Assembly (NCBI GenBank): GCA_964643685.1
Contig: CAZXTN010000004.1
Coordinates: forward strand, 1 to 40,576
DNA length: 40,576 nucleotides
DNA from: Candidatus Micrarchaeota archaeon
GTDB lineage: Archaea > B1Sed10-29 > JAJRYS01
Direction: 5' to 3'
A program made the position numbers and the translations under genes. Below the pieces are notes generated by a model that searched no databases, was not told the DNA's origin, and saw only the letters and a program-made list of their open reading frames with translations. This document shows, one piece after another, positions 34,254-40,576 of the stretch. Positions within the stretch are counted from its first letter, which is position 1. Each line of letters begins with the position of its first letter.

Positions 34254-35531
34254 TTAACGCGTGTAAATCTTCAATCCTTTGCTGTCTATCTTGCTTTGTT
34301 TTATGCCTACAATTGTTTTTATACCTGCTTTTTCAGCTGTGTCAACAATTTTCTGCGTTATTATGCCGTCAAAGACAAGAGTCTCTGCTTTTTTAGCTTT
34401 TTCCATTTCTTTTATTAAATCTTTTACTCCTGTTTTTATTAAAACTTTTTTGTCCTTGTCTAATAAAATTCCTTCAAGAGTTCCTTCAAGTTCTTTAAGC
34501 TCGTTTAAGAAAGGATTCAGTTCTGCCTGCGGTTTCTCGTAACTTTTTCTCTCATAACTTCTTCCTGAATTTCTTGAAGTTCTTGTGCTTTGACTGTTGT
34601 ATCTGCTGTGGCTGTTTCTGCCGTTTCCCCTGTATTCATGATTGTTGTGGTTGTTTGAGTGGTTGTTTGTTGAGCTGTGTTCTTTTGGAGTGTATCCTTT
34701 GAATGTTTTGCTCATGAACTGCTCGAAAGGCAGCTTGTTTCTAAGCGCTTTCAGTATCTCTTTTTTTGTAAGTTCTTCAACTTCTTTTCCGTCAGGTGCT
34801 TTTGCTACATAATCAACTTCTGCGCAGTCTGCCAGTTGCTTTATTATGAGGTCTCCGCCTCTGTCTCCGTCTACGAATACTGTGACTGTCTTTTTCTTAG
34901 ATAGTTCCTGCACTGTTTTTGGAATTACTTTTCCCTGCAAGCATATTACATTTCTTATGTCTGCTTTAAGCATTGTCAGCACGTCTGCTCTTCCTTCAAC
35001 TACTATTATGTGGTCTGCTTCATCTATGTTCGGCCCTGCTGCTAGTTTTTCAGGCCCGTATTGCTGTACGTCTGCTAGTTTTACTTTGTCTCTGACTAGT
35101 TCTGATATTTCTTTTCTTTCTGGTAGCATGTCTGCCATGACTCCTTTTAGGAGCTGTTTTGCTCTGTCTACTACCTGGTTTCTTTTCATTGTTCTTGTGT
35201 CTTCTATTTTTTTGACTTTTATGTGGGCTTCGCATGGCCCTACTCTGTCTACTGTTTCAAGGGCTGCTGCTAGTATTGCTGTTTCTACCCTGTCGAGTGA
35301 TGAAGGCAGAATTATTTCGCCTACTGATTTTCCGTGTTTTGTTTCTATGTTTGCTTCTATTCTGCCTATTCTTCCTGATTTTTGAAGTTCTCTTAGGTCC
35401 AGCTCGTCTCCTAGGAGTCCTTCTGTTTGTCCGAATATTGCTCCTACTACGTCTGGTTTTTCAACTATTCCGTCGATTGTAACGTCAGCGTAAACTACGT
35501 ATTTGACTGTGTCTATGTATGTTTTTCCCAT
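34254..35531 (-). CDS. dnaG: archaeal DnaG (exosome-associated TOPRIM protein)
   Basis: DVVGAIFGQTEGLLG, GRIGRI, VVEGRADV, DGDRGG, FDGIITQ. Confidence 0.97.
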   Translation of the reverse strand: MGKTYIDTVKYVVYADVTIDGIVEKPDVVGAIFGQTEGLLGDELDLRELQKSGRIGRIEANIETKHGKSVGEIILPSSLDRVETAILAAALETVDRVGPCEAHIKVKKIEDTRTMKRNQVVDRAKQLLKGVMADMLPERKEISELVRDKVKLADVQQYGPEKLAAGPNIDEADHIIVVEGRADVLTMLKADIRNVICLQGKVIPKTVQELSKKKTVTVFVDGDRGGDLIIKQLADCAEVDYVAKAPDGKEVEELTKKEILKALRNKLPFEQFMSKTFKGYTPKEHSSTNNHSNNHNNHEYRGNGRNSHSRYNSQSTRTSRNSGRSYERKSYEKPQAELNPFLNELKELEGTLEGILLDKDKKVLIKTGVKDLIKEMEKAKKAETLVFDGIITQKIVDTAEKAGIKTIVGIKQSKIDSKGLKIYTR

Positions 35532-35549
35532 TTTGGGTTACACCTCTTT

Positions 35550-35921
35550 TTATTTTGTTTTTTCATATTGTTTTTTGATTTTGTTGTATCGAGGCACTAG
35601 TTCTTCAAAAATCCGAATTTTCATCAACTGCTTTATCTTTTTTCTGTAGTAGGTGTTTGTTTTTACACCTTGGTTGTGATAAAGTTCTTCTAGTCTTTTC
35701 AGGATTAATTCTCCTGTCCTGTCATAGTCAGTCAGGAGGATTACTTCTTTTTCTTTTGTTTCTTCAACTGTTTTTTGAAGTGATGAGTTTTGTATTAATC
35801 GGATATTTTGAATGTTTAGTGCTTCTAAATTTTGCTTGTCTTTTTTTCCTTCAACAAGTTTTGGGTTTTTGTCTTCTCTTAATTGTTTCAGGATTTTTTC
35901 AATTTCTTGTATTCTGTTCAT
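35550..35921 (-). CDS. small TOPRIM-domain protein
   Basis: LVEGKKD...VILLTDYDRTGE; upstream of dnaG. Confidence 0.88.
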   Translation of the reverse strand: MNRIQEIEKILKQLREDKNPKLVEGKKDKQNLEALNIQNIRLIQNSSLQKTVEETKEKEVILLTDYDRTGELILKRLEELYHNQGVKTNTYYRKKIKQLMKIRIFEELVPRYNKIKKQYEKTK

Positions 35922-36162
35922 TTTTTTGAATCATTTCAAGCAGTTTTTCTTCGTTTTCAATGAACAAGGTTTTTTCTTTGCTTGTTTTTCCTTTGATTAT
36001 TTCAACCTTGCTTTTGAGTATTTTTTTAAGCATTGAAGTGATTTCTTTGTTTGCTTTTCCTTCTGTTGCTGGTGATTTTGTTTCTATTACCAGCTTGTTT
36101 TTTGACATGCTTGTGATTTTGAATTGTTTTTTGTTTGGCTTTACTTCTATTTTTATTTGCAT
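35899..36162 (-). CDS. DUF167 (YggU-like) protein
   Basis: VKPN, SPATEGKANKE, IIKGKTSKEK. Confidence 0.88.
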   Translation of the reverse strand: MQIKIEVKPNKKQFKITSMSKNKLVIETKSPATEGKANKEITSMLKKILKSKVEIIKGKTSKEKTLFIENEEKLLEMIQKNEQNTRN

Positions 36163-36182
36163 TTTGAAAGCCTTTTTTTGAG

Positions 36183-36240
36183 TGTTAGGTGCAGTGTTGT
36201 AAGCACTTCATGCTTTTCAGTGCTTTTCACCCCTGCACCG
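36183..36240 (-). ncRNA. box H/ACA guide sRNA (single hairpin with K-loop)
   Basis: Minus strand GGTGCAG-GGGTGAA-AAGCACT-GA-AAAGCAT-GA-AGTGCTT-ACAACA-CTGCACC-TA-ACA: lower stem, pocket, upper stem, tandem G.A K-loop, 3' ACA; TTTTAAA ~25 nt upstream (36265-36271). Confidence 0.82.
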
Positions 36241-36275
36241 TGATATTGTTTTTAATTAATTGCCTTTAAAAGCTT

Positions 36276-36674
36276 TTAGGTTATTATCATGGAATTGTCG
36301 TAATCTTTGTTTTGTTCTATCTCCTTTATTTCCAAGTATTTTTTCAAAGTAGTGTTTTTTGCTTTTTTATCCAAGCTTATTTTATCATCTGTAATTTCCT
36401 GTGCGTAGACTGGTGTTCTTTGGAAGGAGTAGGCGATTAAGGGAGTGGCTTTGTATTCTCTGGCTTGTTTTATTATTTCTTTTAATCCTGTTATGTATGT
36501 CTTGTCTTTTGTTGTTTTTTTGCATTGCACGAATAGGTTTTCGCCGTTTTTTGTAGCGTAGATGTCAGTGGGTGTTTTTGAAGCTGGGCTTCTGACTACG
36601 AACCATCCTTTTTCTTCCAGTATTTTTTTTGTCTTGTGTTCCAAGGCATAGCCTCTTTTGTAATTAGTGACCAT
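36276..36674 (-). CDS. hjc: archaeal Holliday junction resolvase Hjc-like
   Basis: YKRGYALE...LEEKGWFVVRSPAS..PTDIYA...FVQCK. Confidence 0.8.
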   Translation of the reverse strand: MVTNYKRGYALEHKTKKILEEKGWFVVRSPASKTPTDIYATKNGENLFVQCKKTTKDKTYITGLKEIIKQAREYKATPLIAYSFQRTPVYAQEITDDKISLDKKAKNTTLKKYLEIKEIEQNKDYDNSMIIT

Positions 36675-36692
36675 TTTTCAAAAACCTTCTTT

Positions 36693-37046
36693 TTAGTCAA
36701 CTAGTTTCAAGTCCCCTGTTATGTTGTCTAGTTCTTCTTCTTCCCATGGGCCTATTCCAAGGCAGGTTATTGTGCCTGGTTCTAAGTGTGTTTTGCCAGC
36801 GTCTATTATGAGCTTGTAGGGGATTTCGCTTGGTATTTTCTGCATTAATTCCAGCAGTTCTTTTTTGTTTTCAATGTAAAGCACGACTTTTTTTGCTCCT
36901 GTTTTTATCCACTGTTTTGTTTTGGTTGGGTATAAGTCGATTGCTTTCCTGTATGCTTCTAAGCTGGCGTGCGCTGCTTGCGCGCTCATTTTGCCTTTTG
37001 TGAGTTTTAAGTCTTTTCTGACAATTATTACTTGTTTGAGTTCCAT
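36693..37046 (-). CDS. pth2: peptidyl-tRNA hydrolase Pth2
   Basis: KQVIIVRKDL..GKMSAQAAHA, KKVVL, DAGKT, TCLGIGP. Confidence 0.96.
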   Translation of the reverse strand: MELKQVIIVRKDLKLTKGKMSAQAAHASLEAYRKAIDLYPTKTKQWIKTGAKKVVLYIENKKELLELMQKIPSEIPYKLIIDAGKTHLEPGTITCLGIGPWEEEELDNITGDLKLVD

Positions 37047-37147
37047 TAATTTATTCAACTCTTTTGTTGTTAATTAATGTTTAGAGTTAGGTTTATAAAT
37101 GAATTGATTTACAATTATTAACACTCATTTTAAAGGTGATTGTTTAA

Positions 37148-37357
37148 ATGTTAACTCGTTTTGAAATGACAAGGATTGTTTCTGCAAGGGCGTTGCAGCT
37201 TTCTTTAGGGGCTCCTGCGCTTGTTAAAATTTCAAAAAATGTTTTAAGGGCAGAGGATGTTGCAAACATTGAGTTGGAGAAGAAGGTTCTTCCAATTTCT
37301 GTTATAAGGGAAATGCCTGATGGCTCTGTTAAGGTTTTTGATATAAACAAGGAATGA
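37148..37357 (+). CDS. rpoK: RNA polymerase subunit K (Rpo6)
   Basis: LTRFEMTRIVSARALQLSLGAP. Confidence 0.95.
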   Translation: MLTRFEMTRIVSARALQLSLGAPALVKISKNVLRAEDVANIELEKKVLPISVIREMPDGSVKVFDINKE

Positions 37358-37378
37358 ATTTTAAAGGAGATTGGTTGA

Positions 37379-37570
37379 ATGGGTAAATTGTCTAACAAGG
37401 TTTTGAGAAGAAAAGCAGCTGAAATTTATGAATTGTATTCTGATAAGATTTCAACTGATTTTGAAAACAATAAGAGGTTTTTAGACAGTTTAGGTGTTTT
37501 TTCAAGCAAGACAAGCAGGAACGTAGTTGCAGGCTTGCTTGTTAAAATGGCTTCTGAAAAAATACTCTGA
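37379..37570 (+). CDS. rps17e: 30S ribosomal protein S17e
   Basis: MGK..., DFENNK, SKTSRNVVAG. Confidence 0.92.
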   Translation: MGKLSNKVLRRKAAEIYELYSDKISTDFENNKRFLDSLGVFSSKTSRNVVAGLLVKMASEKIL

Positions 37571-37578
37571 GCTTTTTT

Positions 37579-39879
37579 TTAATTTTCTGTGACAGGTTCT
37601 GTAATCACTTTTGTTTCTTCTTCTGTTTCTTTATTTCTTTCTAATTTGTAAATGTTTCTAGTTGCTGCTTTTTCAAGTCCTGTTTCATGGGTAATTAGGA
37701 AAATCTGCTCTACCAAGGAAGGCAAATGTTTTTTCAGGGTCTTTGCAAGTTCTTCAACTGCTTTTTTATCAAGGTTGTGTGTTGGTTCGTCAAGCACTAG
37801 CCATGATAAGTTTTTTGTCAACACTAATGAAAAAGCTATTCTTAAGGCAAGGGAAGCAGAGCTTCTTTCTCCACCGCTTGTTATGCCCTCTGCATTTACC
37901 CATTTGTTGTTCACTGTCCTTAATTTGAGCACGTAGTCTCCTGATTCGTCAACGTCTAATTTTAATTCAACATAGTCTCCGTAAGGGTAAATTCTTTCCC
38001 ATATGTCAGTTAAGGCAGCGTTTGTTTCTTCAATGAACTCTTCTCTTAATTTTGTTTGCGTTGCATTCAGCACGTTTTGAAGAGATTGGAATGACTCTAT
38101 CTGCTTTTTTAAGTATGCTGATTGCATGGCGTTTATTTCAGCTTCTTTTTCAAGCTTTTTTAAGTTTTCAAGCCTTGCTTTTTTTTCTTTTAGTATCTCT
38201 TCAATGCTTTTTATTTTCTGATGAGAAACTAGTATTTCAGATTCAAGGTTTTTTAATTCTTCAAATGCTTTTCTTTCCTCTTTTTCGCTGTAGTTGATTT
38301 TTTCTTTTTTTTCCTGGAGTGATTTGATTGAAGAGTTCAGTTCATCAATTTCTTTTTTCAGTTTGAAGTAATCTAACTGTTTTTTCAACGACTGCTCTTT
38401 TTCAACAAGTTCCTCAATGCTTTTTTCAATCTTAAGCTCCTTTAATTTCTCTTCAGCTTGTTTAAACCTGTTCTCTGAATCTTTAAGTGCTTCCTCTGCT
38501 TTTGTTTTCTCTTCTTCATACAACTTTTTCTCGTTTGCTTTTCTTTCTTCTTTTTCAATTTGCTCTATTTCATTGTTAAGTTCTTGGATTTCTTTTTTTA
38601 TCTTCTCCTTTTTCTCCTGCAGTTTCTTTATCTCTCCTTCTATTGTTTTTATCCTCTCTTTTTTTACTGAGACAACTTCGTTCTTTTTTTTAGGAGTTAA
38701 TTTGGCTTCGCATACAGGGCATTTGTCATTTTCACCGACTTGATGTATTGTTTCTTCAACTTCGCTTATGCTTGTTTTTTTAGATGAAATTTCCCCTTCT
38801 ATCTTGTTTAGTTCTTCTTGGTAGTTTTTTACCGCTTGCTTTTTTTCTTCTTTTAATTTGCTGATGTTTTCAGGTAATAATATCTGGGCTATTTTTAAGG
38901 ACAATTCTTCTATCCTTTTTTTATTCAAGTTGATTTCTGCTTCAGCCTGTTCCTTTTGCCTTTCAATTTTTTCTTTCTCTTCTTTTTTTGCTTTTACTTC
39001 GAGTTTTTCTTTTAGAACTTCGTCATATTCTTTTTTAATCTCTTCTTCTGTTTTCAAAGGAAGTTGTTTTTCTTTAAACTGTTTTTCAACATACTCTTTT
39101 TTTCCCAGCAATTGCTTCAGGGAGTCAGTGATTTTTTCATATTCTTCTTTTTTCTTTTTTTCTTCATCGTGCCTTTTTTCTGCTTCTTTTTTCACTTCTT
39201 CAAGTTGCTCCTGCTGCTTTTTTTCATTTTCATGTTCTTCTTTTTTTTCTGTTAGCTCTTTTTCAAGTTCAGGTATCTGCTTTGTTTCCTCTGATGCGGT
39301 TGTTCTCTTTTCTTTTTCTTTCACTCTTTCTTTCAGCCTGTTTGTTATCTGGCTTAAGGTTTTTTTTGCTTTTTCAAATTTTGAAATTTGCAGGAGCTCG
39401 TCTATTTTTTGCTTTCTTTCTGATTTTGTTATTTGCAGGAAGTAGTCTATGTTGTTTTGCTCTGCATAAACTGCTCTTGAATATAATTCGTAGTTTACTT
39501 GAAGTATTCTTGTCACTTCTTCTGTTACTCTTTGGCTCTGCGGCCCGGCAATTATTAACCCGTTTTTTCTAAGTTCTGCTGTAGCTGTTTTTCCAAGCTC
39601 TATTTCTCTTTTAATTTCATAGTTTTCACCATTGATGTCAAAGAAAAGAGTTACTTTTGCTTTTTTTTCCTGAACTGGCTTGTTTTTAATCACTTCATCT
39701 AATTTGACTTTTCTTGCTTTAAGTGAAGGGAAGGTGCCGTAGAAAGCGAAGCAGATTGCGTCCATTAAGCTTGTTTTACCTGAGCCCATTTGCCCGATGA
39801 TGACGTTTGTTCCTTTAGTGAATTCAATTTCACTGCGTTTATGCGAACGCCAGTTTTCAAGAATTAGTTTTTGAATCAT
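37579..39879 (-). CDS. rad50: Rad50/SbcC-like SMC ATPase
   Basis: LENWRSH, GQMGSGKTS, Q-loop AEQ, coiled coil with CPVC zinc hook, SGGE, LDEPT, ITH. Confidence 0.9.
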   Translation of the reverse strand: MIQKLILENWRSHKRSEIEFTKGTNVIIGQMGSGKTSLMDAICFAFYGTFPSLKARKVKLDEVIKNKPVQEKKAKVTLFFDINGENYEIKREIELGKTATAELRKNGLIIAGPQSQRVTEEVTRILQVNYELYSRAVYAEQNNIDYFLQITKSERKQKIDELLQISKFEKAKKTLSQITNRLKERVKEKEKRTTASEETKQIPELEKELTEKKEEHENEKKQQEQLEEVKKEAEKRHDEEKKKKEEYEKITDSLKQLLGKKEYVEKQFKEKQLPLKTEEEIKKEYDEVLKEKLEVKAKKEEKEKIERQKEQAEAEINLNKKRIEELSLKIAQILLPENISKLKEEKKQAVKNYQEELNKIEGEISSKKTSISEVEETIHQVGENDKCPVCEAKLTPKKKNEVVSVKKERIKTIEGEIKKLQEKKEKIKKEIQELNNEIEQIEKEERKANEKKLYEEEKTKAEEALKDSENRFKQAEEKLKELKIEKSIEELVEKEQSLKKQLDYFKLKKEIDELNSSIKSLQEKKEKINYSEKEERKAFEELKNLESEILVSHQKIKSIEEILKEKKARLENLKKLEKEAEINAMQSAYLKKQIESFQSLQNVLNATQTKLREEFIEETNAALTDIWERIYPYGDYVELKLDVDESGDYVLKLRTVNNKWVNAEGITSGGERSSASLALRIAFSLVLTKNLSWLVLDEPTHNLDKKAVEELAKTLKKHLPSLVEQIFLITHETGLEKAATRNIYKLERNKETEEETKVITEPVTEN

Positions 39880-39928
39880 GGTTTTATTTTATGTGTGTTG
39901 TATTATAAAAAAACAAGAGGAGGGGTTT

Positions 39929-40183
39929 TTATGAAATGAGTGTAACTCCTTCAGATTCCATTTCTTTTATTCCAGGTGTTTTTCTTATTTCTTTTTCTAT
40001 TTCTTCTGGATTGTCTTTTTTGTCGTCCATTACTACTCCTATTTTGATTACTTCTAATCCAAAGGCAATTGGTTCTTTTTTAATTGATTTTATTCTTTCG
40101 TTTTTCTGAAGCTCTTCCATTAATTCATTTATGTCTTTGCCTTCTTCTGGGTAGATCTTGTATACTGCCATTGCCATTCCCAT
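39929..40183 (-). CDS. ef1b: translation elongation factor 1-beta
   Basis: KIYPE, EPIAFGL; ATG at 40183 follows SD GGAGGT (40192-40197). Confidence 0.92.
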   Translation of the reverse strand: MGMAMAVYKIYPEEGKDINELMEELQKNERIKSIKKEPIAFGLEVIKIGVVMDDKKDNPEEIEKEIRKTPGIKEMESEGVTLIS

Positions 40184-40205
40184 TGAGCATAACCTCCGAT
40201 TTGTT

Positions 40206-40361
40206 TCAAGGACCTGTGAATCCGCATTCTTCACAAGTGTAAGGTAATACATTTTCTCTGCATTTTTTGCATCTGACTATTGTTGTTTTTCCGCATGAAG
40301 GGCATTTGAATTCGACGTAGTCGTCAGTTACTTCCCTTTTGCATGATGAGCATATTTTCAT
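40206..40361 (-). CDS. small Zn-ribbon protein (DUF1610-like), 51 aa, missing from the ORF track
   Basis: MKICSSCKREVTDDYVEFKCPSCGKTTIVRCKKCRENVLPYTCEECGFTGP; four CxxC; conserved position upstream of aEF1B; SD GGAGTGA. Confidence 0.92.
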   Translation of the reverse strand: MKICSSCKREVTDDYVEFKCPSCGKTTIVRCKKCRENVLPYTCEECGFTGP

Positions 40362-40456
40362 TTTGCATTCACTCCTTTTATTGTCTAAAGCCTAAAAGTA
40401 TTATATTTTAGTAAAAATAACCCTATATATACCTTGTGATGTATTTTTTTTAAGAT

Positions 40457-40575
40457 GCCCCTGTAGTTTAGTCTGGATAGAATGTGGGCTTGCGGAGCCT
40501 AAGACCGGAGTTCAAATTTGCGTTAAAAAGTTCTTCAATTGAACTTTTTCGCAAGCGAAATTCTCCGCAGGGGCG
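40457..40575 (+). tRNA. tRNA-Arg(GCG) with T-loop (59/60) intron 40517-40561
   Basis: Acceptor GCCCCTG/CAGGGGC-G; TGGGC-TTGCGGA-GCCTA; CGGAG-TTCAAA|45 nt|T-CTCCG. Confidence 0.92.
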
Positions 40576-40576
40576 T

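Noticed and set aside
34540-34700. His/Asn/Ser/Arg-rich low-complexity segment in DnaG
   Set aside because: It falls in the variable linker of archaeal DnaG; no intein or repeat-element features.
26733-39572. Numerous antisense ORFs rich in Phe/Ser/Leu
   Set aside because: They are shadows of Lys/Glu-rich genes on the opposite strand.
40184-40252. N-terminal extension of aEF1B in the ORF track
   Set aside because: It overlaps the Zn-ribbon gene in another frame, and the SD site supports ATG 40183.

Overview
An AT-rich archaeal chromosome segment, mostly housekeeping genes. A small-genome DPANN-type lineage such as Micrarchaeota is plausible but is inference only. It encodes SerRS, class I LysRS, two ether-lipid clusters (idsA-ipk-fni; egsA-DGGGPS-GGGPS), RadA/RPA, Pus10-TrmY-SRP54-FtsY-prefoldin-aIF6-ribosomal proteins, DnaG, Hjc, Pth2, Rpo6, a Rad50-like ATPase and aEF1B. 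The most striking signal is non-coding. All six complete tRNA genes carry introns, and the truncated seventh appears to as well (9 introns in total: 17/17a, 22/23, 37/38 x3, 59/60 x4). The T-loop introns of tRNA-Gly(GCC) and tRNA-Arg(GCG) are near-identical. Three tRNAs are followed by ~100-110 bp hairpin cassettes that end in a second copy of the tRNA 3' exon preceded by its own BHB-like 3' splice half-site. Short hairpin modules with conserved linkers and compensatory stem changes recur around the tRNAs in both orientations and nest inside one another. Together this suggests a tRNA-targeting mobile mini-hairpin/intron system; a DUF559 nuclease gene between two affected tRNAs is a candidate trans factor. 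Other notable items: an H/ACA guide RNA predicted to target the 23S A-loop; a 16-aa peptide with a split, order-swapped PEP-utilizer pair; a KaiC/TrmB locus around a large surface protein with a cytoplasmic wHTH; motifs shared upstream of radA, rpa and trmB; and an apparent ATC/ATT start for ftsY. All calls come from reading the sequence; no searches were run.
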